DNA of 64,000 nt from the human T2T-CHM13v2.0 reference genome, Homo sapiens, in the NCBI RefSeq assembly GCF_009914755.1, contig NC_060944.1. One strand, written 5' to 3'. This document shows, piece by piece, positions 40,741 through 55,000 of the stretch. Made by a program: the position numbers and the translations under genes. The first letter of the stretch is position 1. Every line of letters starts with the position of its first letter. The notes under the pieces are model-generated. The model was not told where the DNA came from. It made no database searches and saw only the letters and a list, made by a program, of their open reading frames with translations.

Positions 40741-43700
40741 ACCCGAGTGGAATGGAATGGAAAGGAATGGAATAGAATCAGAGTGGAATGGAATGGAATG
40801 GAATGGAATGGAATGGAATGGAATGGAATGGAATGGAGTCAACCCGAGAGTAGTGAAAATGAACGGAATTGAATTGAATTGAATGGAATGCAATTAACCC
40901 GAGTGGAGTGGAATCTAAGTGAGTGGAATGGAATGGAATGGAATGGAATGGAATGTTATCAAAGTGTGTGGAATGGAATAGAAAGGAATGTAATGGAATG
41001 GAAATAAACCGAGTGGAATGTAAAGGAATGGAATGGAATGTTATTAAACCGAGTGTAATGGAATGGAATGTAAAGGATTGTAATGGCATGGAATGGAATG
41101 GAATCAAACCGAGTGGAATGCAATGGAATGGTATGGAACGCAATGGAATGGAATGGAGTGGAATCAACCAGAGTGGAATAAATGGAACTGAATGGAATGG
41201 AATGGAATGGGATGGAAAGGATTCAACACGAGTGGAATGGAGAGGAATGGAATGGTATAGAAGGGAATTGAATGGAATGGAATGCAATGGAATGGAATGG
41301 AATCAACCTGAGTAGCATGGAATGGAATGGTATGGAATTGAATGCAATGGAATGGAAACAACCCGAGTGGAATGGAATGGAATAGAATGGAATGGAATGG
41401 AATGGAATGGAATGGAATGGAATGGAATGGAATGAAGAATGAAATGGAATTGAATCAACCCGAATGGAATGGAAAGGAATATGTTGGAATGGAGTGGAAT
41501 GGATTGGAATTTAATGGAAAGGAATGGAATGGAATGTAATGGAATGCAATGGAATGGAATGGAAAGGAATCAACTAGAATGGAATGGTATGGAATGGAAT
41601 AGAATGGAGTGGAATTTAATGGAATGAAATGGAATCAACACGAGTGGAATGCAGTAGAATTGAATGGAATGCAATGGAATGGAACGGAATGGAATGGAAT
41701 GGAATGGAATCAAACTGAATGGAATGGAATGGAATGGAATAGAATGGAAGGGAATGAATGGCTTGGATTCAACACGAGTGGAATGGAATGGAATGGAAGG
41801 GAATGGAATGGAATGGGATGGAATGGAATGGAATGGAATGGAAGGGAGTCAACCCGAGTGTAGTGGAAAGGAAAGGAATGCAATGGAATAGAATTGAATG
41901 TAAATAACACGACTGCAAAGGAATGGAATGGAGTGGAATGGAGTGCAATGGAATGGAATGGAATCAACCGATGTGGAATGGAAAGGTATAGAATGGAATG
42001 GACTGGAATGGAATTAACCAAAATGGAATGGAACGGAATGGAATGGAATGGAATGCAATGGAATGGAATGGAATGGAATGGATTGGAATGGAACGGAATG
42101 CAATGGAATGGAATGGAGTCCACCCGAGTGGAATGGAATGGAATAGAATGGAATGGAATGGAATGGAATGGAATGGAATGGAATGGAATGGAATGGTATG
42201 GAATAAACCCCAGTGGAACGGAAAGGTATGGTATGGAATAGAATGTAAAGGAATGGAATGGAATCAACAAGACCAGAATAGATTCAACAAGACTCGAATG
42301 AACAAGTGGAATGGAATGGAATGGAATGGAATGGAATGGAATGGAATGGAATGGAATGGTATGAACCCGACTGGAATGGAAATGAATGGAATGGAATGGA
42401 ATGGAATCAACCAGAGTGGAATGGATTGGAATGGAATGGACTGGAATTGAATTAGCCCAACAGGAATAGAATTGAATGGAATGGATTGAAATGGAATGGA
42501 ATGGAATGGAATGGATTGGAATGGAATGGAATGCAATGGAATGGAACGGAGTCCACCCGAGTGGAATGGAATGGAATAGAATGGAATGGAATGGAATGGA
42601 ATGGAATGGAATGGAATGGAATGGTATGGAATAAACCAGAGTGGAACGGAAAGTAATGGTATGGAATGCAATGTAAAGGAATGGAATGGAATCAACAAGA
42701 CCAGAATAGATTCAACAAGACTGGAATGAACAAGTGGAATGGAATGGAATGGAATAGAATGGAATGGAATGGTATGACCCCGACTGGAATGGAAAGGAAT
42801 GGAATGCAATGGAATGGAATCAACCCGAGTGGAATGGATTGGAATGGAATGGATTGGAATTGAATCAGCCCAACAGGAATGGAATTGAATGGAATGGATT
42901 GAAATGGAATGGAATGGAATGGGATGGAATGCAGTGGAATGGAATGGAATGATTTGGAATGGAAAGGAATGGAGTGGAATTGAATCACCACGATTGTAAT
43001 GGAATCGAATGGAATGGCATGGAATGGAATAGAATGGAATCAACCCGAGTGCAATGGAATGGATTGGAATGGAATGGAACCAACCCGATGGGAATGGAAT
43101 GGAAGGGAATGGGATGCAATTAACCCAAGTAGAATGTAATGTAATGGATTGGAATTGAATGGAGTGGAATGGAATGGAATGGAATGGAATGGAATCAACC
43201 CGAATGGAATGGAATGGAATGGATTGGAATGGAATGGAATGGAATCAATCAGAGTGGAATGCAATTGAATGGAATGGAATGGAGTGGAATAGAAAGGAAT
43301 AGAATGGAAACGAGTGGAATGGAATGGAATGCAATGGAATAAAATGGATTGGAATCAACCCAATTGGAATGAAATGGAATGGAACGGAATGGAATGGAAT
43401 GGAGTGGAATGGAATGGAATGGAATGTACACGACTGGAATGGAATGGAATGGATTCGAGAGGAATGGAATGGAATGGAATGGAATGGAATCTACCAGAGT
43501 GTAATGGAAAGGAATGGAGTGGAATGGAATGGAATTGAAGGGAATGGAATCAACTCGAGTGTAATTGAATGAAATTGAAAGGAATGGAATGTTGTGGAAT
43601 GGAATGGAATGGAATGGTAGGGAATGGAATAAAAACTAGTGAAAAGGAACGGAATGGAAAGGTATGGAATGGAATGCAATGGAATCAACCCGAGTGGAAT

Positions 43701-45220
43701 GGAATCGAATGGAATGGAATGGAATGGAATGGATTGGAATGGAATGGAATTGAGTCAACCTGATTGGAATGCAATCGATTGGAATGGAATGGAATGCAAT
43801 GGAATCGAATGTTATGGAAAGGAATCAAACCGAGTGGACTGGAAAGGAATGGAATGGAAAGGAATGTAATGTAATGGAATGGAATGGAATAGAATAGAAT
43901 GGAATGGAATGGATTGGAATGGATTGGAATGGAATGGAATGGAGTCAACCTGATTGGAATGGAATGGATTGGAATGCAAAGGAATGGAATGGAATCGAAT
44001 GGAATGGAATGGAATCAACCCGAGTGGAATGGAAAGGAATGGAATGGAAAGGAATGTAATGGATAGGAATGGAATGGAATCAACGCGAGTTGGATGGAAT
44101 GGAAAGGAATGGAATGGAATGGAATGAAACCGAGGCGAATGGAATGGAATGGAATACGATGGTATGGAAAGGAATGGAATGGAATGGAATGGAAAGGAAT
44201 GGAATCAAACCGAGTGGAATGGAATGGAATGGAAGGGAATGGAAGTGATTGCAATGGAATTCAATGGAATCAACCCGAGTGGAATGGAATGGAATGGAAT
44301 GGAATGGAATGGAATGGAAAGGAACTCAATGGAATTTAATGGAATGGAGTGGAATGGAATGGAATGGAATGGAAACAATGCGAATCAAACGGAATGTAAT
44401 GGAATGGAATGGAGTAGAATGGAATGGAATGGAATGGAAACAATGCGAGTGGAATGGAATGGAATGCAATGGAATGGAATGGAATAGAGTGGAATCGAAT
44501 GCAATTGATTTGAATGGAATGGAATCAACTGGAATGGAATGGAATGGAATGGAATGGAATCAACCCGAGTGGAATGGAATGGAAAGGAATGGAATAGAAT
44601 CAGAGTGGAATGGAATGGAATGGAATGGAATGGAATGGAATGGAATGGAATGGAGTCAACCCGAGAGTAGTGAAAATGAACGGAATTGAATTGAATTGAA
44701 TGGAATGCAATTAACCCGAGTGGAGTGGAATCTAAGTGAGTGGAATGGAATGGAATGCAATGGAATGGAATGTTATCAAAGTGTGTGGAATGGAATAGAA
44801 AGGAATGTAATGGAATGGAAATAAACCGAGTGGAATGTAAAGGAATGGAATGGAATGTTATTAAACCGAGTGTAATGGAATGGAATGTAATGGATTGTAA
44901 TGGCATGGAATGGAATGGAACCAAACCGAGTGGAATGCAATGGAATGGTATGGAACGCAATGGAATGGAATGGAGTGGAATCAACCAGAGTGGAATAAAT
45001 GGAACTGAATGGAATGGAATGGAATGGGATGGAAAGGATTCAACACGAGTGGAATGGAGAGGAATGGAATGGTATAGAAGGGAATTGAATGGAATGGAAT
45101 GCAATGGAATGGAATGGAATCAACCTGAGTAGTATGGAATGGAATGGTATGGAATTGAATGCAATGGAATGGAAACAACCCGAGTGGAATGGAATGGAAT
45201 AGAATGGAATGGAATGGAAT
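40480..45220 (+). repeat. Non-adjacent near-identical ~0.9-kb duplication (about 40480-41400 and about 44310-45220)
   Basis: CAACCCGAGAGTAGTGAAAATGAACGGAATTGAATTGAATTGAAT at 40840 and 44657 (offset 3817). ORFs at 40923 and 44740 differ by only a few residues. Confidence 0.9.
42070..42940 (+). repeat. ~430-bp tandem duplication
   Basis: CAACAAGACCAGAATAGATTCAACAAGACT at 42265 and 42693. GTCCACCCGAGT and AGCCCAACAGG are also duplicated. Confidence 0.88.
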
Positions 45221-46099
45221 GGAATGGAATGGAACGGAATGGAATGGAAAGGAATGGGATGGAAAGGAATGGAATGGAATGGTGTGTAATGGAACGGAAT
45301 TTAATAAAATTTAATTTAATAGAATTAACCCCAGTGGAATGGAATGGAATGGAAGGGAATGGAATTAACCGAAACGGAATAGAATGTAATGCAATAGAAT
45401 GGAATCAACCCGAACGGAACGGAATACAATGGAATGGAGTGCAATGGAATGGAATGGAATGGAATGGAATGGAATGGAATGGAATGGAATGGAATGGAAT
45501 GGAATCAACACAAGTGGACAGAAATGGAATGCAAAGAATGTAATGGAATGGAATAAAATGGAAAGTTAAGAAATGGATTGGAGAGGAATAAACCACAGTG
45601 GAATAGAATAGAATGGAATGGAGTGGAATGGAATATAATCAAACCGTGTGGAGTGGAATGGAATGGAATGGAATGGAATGGAATGAAATGGAATGGAATG
45701 GAATCACTGGAATGGAATGGAATGGAATGGAATGGAATGGAATGGAATGGAATCACCCAGATTGGAATGGAATGGAATGGAAAGGAATGGGATGGAATGG
45801 AATGGAATGACAACAACCGGAGTGGAATGGAATAGTATGGAATGGAATGGAATGGAATAGAATGGAATGGATTGGAATGGAATGAAATGGAGTCAACCTG
45901 ATTGGAATGCAATCGATTAGAATGGAATGGAATGCAATGGAATCGAATGGTATGGAATGGAATCAACCCGAGTGGAATGGAAAGGAATGGAATGGAAAGG
46001 AATGTAATGTAATGGAATGGAATGGAATAGAATAGAATGGAATGGAATGGAATGGATTGGAATGGAATGGAATGGAGTCAACCTGATTGGAATGGAATG

Positions 46100-49000
46100 G
46101 ATTGGAATGCAATGGAATTGAATGGAATGGAATGGAATGGAATGGAATCAACCTGAGTGGAATGGAAAGGAATGGAATGGAAAGGAATGTAATGGATTGG
46201 AATGGAATGGAATCAACCCGAATGGAATTGAATGGAATGGATTGGAATGGAAACAAACCGTTTGGAATGGAATGGAATGGATTGGAATGGAATGGAATGG
46301 ATTGGAATGGAATGGAATGGAATGGAATCAACCTGAGTGGAATGGAATGGATTGGAATGGAATGGAATGGAATGGAATGGAATGAAATGAACCCGATTGG
46401 AATGGGATGGAATGGAATGGAATGGAATGGAAAGGAATGGATTGGCATGGAATCAACCGGACTGCAATGGAATGGAATGGAATGGAATGGAATGGAATGG
46501 AATGGAATGGATGGAATGGAATCTACCCGAGTTGAATGGAATGGAATGGAATGGAATGGAATGGAATGGAATGGAATCAAACCAACTGGAATGAAATGGA
46601 AAGGAATGGATTGGAATTGAATGGAAAGGAATGGAATGGAAGGAAGCCAAGTGGAATGAAATGGAATCGATTGGAATGGAAAGGAATGGAATCTACCCGA
46701 GTGCAATGGAACGGAATGCAATGGTATGGATTGGAATGGAATAAACAAGAGTGGATTGGAACGGAATGGAATGGAATGGAATGGAGTGGAATGGAATGGA
46801 ATCAACCCGAGTGAAATGCAATGGAATGGAACGGATTGGAAAGGAATGGAATGGAATCAACGCAATTGCAAAGGAATGGAATGGAATTGAATGGAGTCAA
46901 CCGCAGTGGAAATCAATGGAATGGAAGGGATTGGGATAGAATGGAATGGAATGGACTGGAATGGAATCAATCCGACTGGTATTGAAAGGAATATTTTGGA
47001 ATAGAATGGAATGGAATGGAATGGAAGGAAATGGAATGGAATCAACCTGAGTGGAATGGAATGGAATGGAAAGGAATCAAACCAAGTGGAATGGAAAGGA
47101 ATCGCATGGAATGCAATGGAATGGAAACAACGCAAGTGGAAAGCAATGGAATGGAATGGAATGGAATGGAATGGATTCGAATGGAATGGAATGGAATGCA
47201 GTCAACCCGAGTGGAATGGTATGGAATCTAATGGAATGGAATGCAATCAACCCAACTGGAATTGAATGCAAAGGAATGTAATGGAATGGAATGGAATCAA
47301 CACGAGTGGAATGCAATGGAATGGAATAGAATGGAATGGAATGGAATGAAATGTAATCAAACTGTGTGGAACGGAATGGAATGGAATGGAATGGAGTCAA
47401 CCCAAGTAGAATGGAATGGAATGGAATGGATTGGAATCGAATGGAAAGGAATGGAATGGAGGCAAGCCGAGTGGAATGAAATGGAATCGATTGGAATGGA
47501 ATGGAATGGAATCCACCTGAGTACAATGGAACAGAATGCAATAGTATGGATTGGAATGGAATAAACAAGAGTGGATTGGAACGGAATGGATTGGAATGGA
47601 ATGGAGTGGAATGGAATGGAATCAACCCGAGTGAAATGCAATGGAAAGGAACGGAATGGAAAGGAATGGAATGGAATCAACGCAATTGCAAAGGAATGGA
47701 ATGGAAGTGAATGGAGTCAACAGGAGTGCAAATCAAAGGAATGGAAGGTATTGGGATAGAATGGAATGGAATGGACTGGAATGGAATCAATCTGACTGGT
47801 ATTGAAAGGAATATGATGGAATAGAATGGAATGGATTGGAATGGAATGGAATGGAATGGAATGGAATGGAATGGAATGGAATGGAATCAACCTGAGTGGA
47901 ATGGAATGGAATGCAATGGAAAGGAATCAAACCAAGTGGAATAGAAAGGAATCGAATGGAATGCAATGGAATGGAATCAACCCAAGTGGAAAGGAATGGA
48001 ATGGAATGGATTCGAAAGGAATGGAATGGAATGCAGTCAACCCGAGTGGAATGGTATGGAATCTAATGGAATGGAATGCAATCAACCCAACTGGAATTGA
48101 ATGCAAAGGAATGGAATGGAATGGAATGGAATCAACACGAGTGGAATGCAATGGAATGGAATGGAATGGAATGGAATGGAATGGAATGGAATGGAATGGA
48201 ATGAAATGTAATCAAACTGTGTGGAACGGAATGGAATGGAATGGAATGGAGTCAACCCGAGTGGAATGGAATGGAATGGAATGGATTGTAATGGAATGAA
48301 ATGGAATGGAGTCAAATGGAATAGAGTCAACCCGAATGGAAAGGAATGGAAAGGTATCAACCCGACTGGAATGGAATGGAAAGGAATGGAATGGAATGGA
48401 ATGGATTGGAATGGAATCAACATGAGTGGAAGGGAAAGGAATTGAATGTAATGAAGTAGAATGGAATGGAATCAAAGCAAGTGGAATGGAAAGGATTGGT
48501 ATAGAATAGAATGGAAAGGAATGGAATGGAAACATCAAGACTGGAATGTAATGCAATAGATTAGAATCGATTGGAATGGAATCCACCCGAGTGCAATGAA
48601 ATGGAATGGAATGGAATGGAAACAACACGAGTGGAACGGAATGGAATGGAATGGAATGGAATGGAATGGATTGGAATGGAATGGAATCGAATGGAATCAA
48701 CCTGAGTGGAATGGAATGGATTGGAATGGAATGGAATGGAATGAACCCGATTGTAATAGAATGGAATGGAATGGAATGGAATGGAATGGATTGGATTCAA
48801 CCCGAGGGGAATGGAATGGAATGGAGTGGAATGGAATGGAATGGAATGGAATGGAATGAAATCAAATTGTGTAGAATGGAACAGAATGGAATGGAATTGA
48901 CTGGAATCAAACCGAGTAGAACGTAAAGGAATGGAATGGAACGTTATTAAACCGAGTGTAATGGTATGGAATGTAACGGATTTTAATCGAATGGAATTGA

Positions 49001-52000
49001 ATGGAATGCAATCAAACCGAGTGCAATGCAATAGAATGGTTTGGAATGGAATGGAATGGAATTGAATGGAACTACCCGGTGTGAAATGGCATGGAAAGGA
49101 ACGGAATAAAATTTAATGGAATGGAATGGAATCAATCTGAGTGGAATGGAATGGAATGGAATGGAATGGAATACAATGCAATGCAATGGAACCAATAAGA
49201 GTGGAATGGATTGGAATGGAACGGAGTGGAATGAAACGGAATGGAATCAACCAGATTGGAATGGAATGGAACGGAAAGGAATGGAATGGAATGAAATGAA
49301 ATTGAAACAATCCGCGTGGAATGGAATAGAATGGAATGGAAAAAAACTGAGTGGAATGGAATGGAATGGAATGGAATGGAATGGAATGGAATGGAATGGA
49401 ATGGAATGGAATGGATTCAAATGGAATGGAATGGAATGCAGTCAACACGAGTGGAATGGTATGGAATCTAATGGAGTGGAATGCAATCAACCCAACTGGA
49501 AATGAATGCAAAGGAATGTAATGCAATGGAATGGAATCAACACGAGTGGAATGCAATGGAATGGAATGGAATGGAATGGAATGGAATGAAATGTAATCAA
49601 ACTGTGTGGAACGGAATGGAATGGAATGGAATGGAGTCAACCCGAGTAGAATGGAATGGAAAGGAATGGATTGGAATCGAATGGAAAGGAATGGAATTGG
49701 AGCAAGCCGAGTGGAATGAAATGGAATCGATTGGAATGGAATGGAATGGAATCCACCCGAGTACAATGGAACGGAATGCAATGGTATGGATTGGAATGGA
49801 ATAAACAAGAGTGGATTGGAACGGAATGGATTGGAATGGAATGGAGTGGAATGGAATGGAATCAACCCGAGTGAAATGCAATGGAATGGAACGGAATGGA
49901 AAGGAATGGAATGGAATCAACGCAATTGCAAAGGAATGGAATGGAATTGAATGGAGTCAACCAGAGTGGAAATCAATGGAATGGAAGGGATTGGGATAGA
50001 ATGGAATGGAATGGACAGGAATGGAATCAATCCGACTGGTATTGAAAGGAATATTTTGGAATAGAATGGAATGGGTTGGAGTAGAATGCAATGGAATGCA
50101 ATGGAATGGAATGGAATCAACCTGAGTGGAATGGAAAGGATTGGAATGGAAAGGAATCAAACCAAGTGGAATGGAAAGGAATCGCATGGAATGCAATGGA
50201 ATGGAATCAACCCAAGTGGAAAGAAATGGAATGGAATGGAATGGAATGGAATGGATTCGAATGGAATGGAATGGAATGCAGTCAACCCGAGTGGAATGGT
50301 ATGGAATCTAATGGAATATAACGCAATCAACCCAACTGGAATTGAATGCAAAGGAATGTAATGGAATGGAATGGAATCTACAAGAGTGGAATGCACTGGA
50401 ATGGAATGGAATGGAATGGAATGGAATGAAATGTAATCATACTGTGTGGAACGGAATGGAATGGAATGGAATAGAGTCAACCCGAGTGGAATGGAATGGA
50501 ATAGAATGGAATGGAATGGAATGCATTGGAATAGAATGAAATGGAATGGAGTCAACCCGAATGGGATGGAATGGAAAGGTATCAACCCGACTGGAATGGA
50601 ATGGAAAGGAATGGAATGGAATGGAATGGATTGGAATGGAATCAACATGAGTGGAATGGAAAGGAATTGAATGCAATGAAGTAGAATGGAATGGAATCAA
50701 AGCAAGTGGAATGGAAAGGATTGGTATAGAATAGAATGGAAAGGAATGGAATGGAAACATCAAGACTGGAATGTAATGCAATAGATTGGAATCGATTGGA
50801 ATGGAATCCACCCGAGTGCAATGAAATGGAATGGAATGGAATGGAAACAACACGAGTGGAATGGAATGGAATGGAATGAAATGGAATGGAATGGAATGGA
50901 ATGGAATAGATTGGAATGGAATCAAACCGACTGGAATGAAATGGAAAGGAATGTATTGGAATCGAATGGAAAGGAATGGAATGAAAGCAAGCCGAGTGGA
51001 ATGAAATGGAATCGATTGGAATGGAATGGACTGGAATCCACCCGAGTGCAATGGAACGGAAGGCAATGGTATGGATTGGAATGGAATAAACAAGAGTGGA
51101 TTGGAACGGAATGGAATGGAATGGAATGGAGTGGAATGGAATGGAATCAACCTGAGTGAAATGCAATGGAATGGAACGGAATGGAAAGGAATGTAATGGA
51201 ATCAACGCAATTGCAAAGGAATGGAATGGAATTGAATGGAGTCAACCGGAGTGGAAATCAATGGAATGGAAGGGATTGGGATAGAAAGGAATGGAATGGA
51301 CTGGAACGGAATCAATCCGACTGGTATTGAAAGGAATATGTTGGAATAGAATGGAATGGAATGGAATGGAATGGAATGGAATGGAATGGAATGGAATGGA
51401 ATGGAATGGAATGAAATAGAATGGAATCAACCTGAGTGGAATGGAATGGAATGAAAAAGGAATCAAACCAAGTGGAATGGAAAGGAATCGCATGGAATGC
51501 AATGGAATGGAATCAACCCAATTGGAAAGGAATGGAATGGAATGGAATGGAATGGAATGGAATGGAATGGAATGGAATGGATTCAAATGGAATGGAATGG
51601 AATGCAGTCAACACGAGTGGAATGGTATGGAATCTAATGGAATGGAATGCAATCAACCCAACTGGAATTGAATGCAAAGGAATGTAATGGAATGGAGTGG
51701 AATCAACACGAGTGGAATGCAATGGAATGGAATAGAATGGAATGGAATGGAATGAAATGTAATCAAACTGTGTGGAACGGAATGGAATGGAATGGAATGG
51801 AGTCAACCCGAGTAGAATGGAATGGAATGGAATGGATTGGAATCGAATGGATAGGAATGGAATGGAAGCAACCCGAGTGGAATGAAATGGAATCGATTGG
51901 AATGGAATGGAATGGAATCCACCCGAGTACACTGGAACGGAATGCAATGGTATGGATTGGAATGGAATAAACAAGAGTGCATTGGATCGGAATGGACTGC

Positions 52001-55000
52001 AATGGAATGGAGTGGAATGGAATGGAATCAACCCGAGTGAAATGCAATGGAATGGAACGGAATGGAAAGGAATGTAAAGGAATCAACGCAATTGCAAAGG
52101 AATGGAATGGAATTGAATGGAGTAAACCGGAGTGGAAATCAATGGAATGGAAAGGATTGGGATGGAATGGAATGGAACGGAATGGAATGGAATGGAATGG
52201 AATGGAATGGAATCAACCTGAGTGGAATGGAATGGAATGGAATGGAAAGCAATCAAACCAAGTGGAATGGAAAGGAATCGAATGGAATGCAATGGAATGG
52301 AATCAACCCAAGTGGAAAGGAATGGAATGGAATGGATTCGAATGGAATGGAATGGAATGCAGTCAACCCGAGTAGAATGGTATGGAATCTCATGGAATGG
52401 AATGCAATCAACCCAACTGGAATTGAATGCAAAGGAATGTAATGTAATGGAATGGAATCAACACGAGTGGAATGCAATGGAATGGAATGGAATGGAATGG
52501 AATGGAGTGAAATGTAATCATACTGTGTGGAACGGAATGGAATAGAATGGAATGGAGTCAACCCGAGTGGAATGGAATGGAATGGAATGGATTGGAATGG
52601 AATCAACATGAGTGGAAGGGAAAGGAATTGAATGTAATGAAGTAGAATGGAATGGAATCAAAGCAAGTGGAATGGAAAGGATTGGTATAGAATAGAATGG
52701 AAAGGAATGGAATGGTAACATCAAGACTGGAATGTAATGCAATAGATTGGAATCGATTCGAATGGAATCCACCCGAGTGCAATGAAATGGAATGGAATGG
52801 AATGGAAACAACACGAGTGGAATGGAATGGAATTGAATGGAATGGAATGGAATGGAATGGAATGGAATGGAATGCAATGTATTGGAATGGAATGGAATCG
52901 AATGGAATCAACCTGAGTGGAATGGAATGGATTGGAATGGAATGGAATGGAATGAACCCGATTGGAATGGAATGGAATGGAATGGATTGGATTGGATTCA
53001 ACCCGATGGGAATGGAATGGAATGGAGTGGAATGGAATGGAATGGAATGGAATGGACTGTTATCAAATTGTGTGGAGTGGAACAGAATGGAATGGAATTG
53101 ACTGGAATAAAACCGAGTAGAATGTAAAGGAATAGAATGGAACGTTTTTACACCGAGTGTAATGGAATGGAATGTAACGGATTGTAATCGAATGGAATGG
53201 AATGGAATGGAATCAAACCGAGTGGAATGCAATGGAATGGTTTGGAATGGAATGGAATGGAATTGATTGGAATTACCCCGAGTGAAATGGCATGGAAAGG
53301 AACGGAATACAATTTAATGGAATGGAATGGAATCAACCCGAGTGGAATGGAATGGAATGGAATGGAATACAATGCAATGGAATGGAACCAATAAGAGTGG
53401 AATGGATTGGAATGGAATGGAGTGGAATGAAACGGAATGGAATCAACCAGAGTGGAATGGAATGGAATGGAAAGGAATGGAATGGAATGAAATGAAATTG
53501 AAACAATCTGCGTGGAATGGAATAGAATGGAATGGAAACAAACTGAGTGGAATGGAATGGAATGGAATGGAATAGATTGGAATGGAATGGAATCAACTCG
53601 AATGGAATTGAATGGAATGGATTGGAATGGATACAAACCGTTTGGAATGGAATGGAATGGATTGGAATGGAATGGAATGGAATGGAATCAACCTGAGTGG
53701 AATGGAATGGATTGGAATGGAATGGAATGGAATGGAATGAAATGAACACGAATGGAATGGGATGGAATGGAATGAAATGGAATGGAAAGGAATGGAATGG
53801 CATAGAATCAACCGGACTGCAATGGAAGGGAATGGAATGGAATAGAATGGAATGGAATCTACCCGAGTTGAATGTAATGGAATCGAAAGCAATGGAATGG
53901 AATGGAATGGAATGGAATGGAATGGAATGGAATGGAATCAAACCAAGTGGAATGAAATGGAAAGGAATGGATTGGAATCGAATGGAAAGGAATGGAATGG
54001 AAGCAAGCCGCGTGGAAGGAAATGGAATCGATTGGAATGGAATGGAATGGAATCCACCCGAGTGCAATGGAACGGAATGCAATGGTCTGGATTGGAATGG
54101 AATAAACAAGAGTGGATTGGAACGGAATGGAATGGAATGGAGTGGAATGGAATGGAATCAACCCGAGTGGAATGGAATAGAATAGAATGGAATGGAATAC
54201 AATGCACTGGAATGGAACCAATAAGAGTGGAATGGATTGGAATGGAATGGAGTGGAATGAAACGGAATGGAATCAACCAGAGTGGAATGGAATGGAATGG
54301 AAAGGAATGGAATGGAATGAAATGAAATTGAAACAATATGCGTGGAATGGAATAGAATGGAATGGAAAAAAACTGAGTGGAATGGAATGGAATGGAATGG
54401 AATGGAATGGAATGGAATGGAATGGAATCAACCCGAATGGAATTGAATGCAATGGATGGGAATGGAAACAAACCGTTTGGAATGGAATGGAATGGATTGG
54501 AATGGAATGGAATGGATTGGAATGGAATGGAATGGAATGGAAGCAAACCGTTTGGAATGGAATGGAATGGATTGGAATGGAATGGAATGGATTGGAATGG
54601 AATGGAATGGAATGGAATCAACCTCAGTGGAATGGAATGGATTGGAATGGAATGGAATGGAGTGGAATGAAATGAACCCGATTGGAATGGGATGGAATGG
54701 AATGGAATGGAATGGAAAGGAATGGAATGGCATGGAATCAATCGGACTGCAATGGAATGGAATGGAATGGACTGGAATGGAATCAATCCGAATGGTATTG
54801 AAAAGAATATGTTGGAATAGAATGGAATGGATTGGAATGGAATGCAATGGAATGGAATGGAATGGAATGGAATGGAATGGAATGGAATGGAATCAACCTG
54901 AGTGGAATGGAATGGAATGGAATGGAAAGGAATCAAACCAAGTGGAATGGAAAGGAATCGCATGGAATGCAATGGAATGGAATCAACCCAAGTGGAAAGG

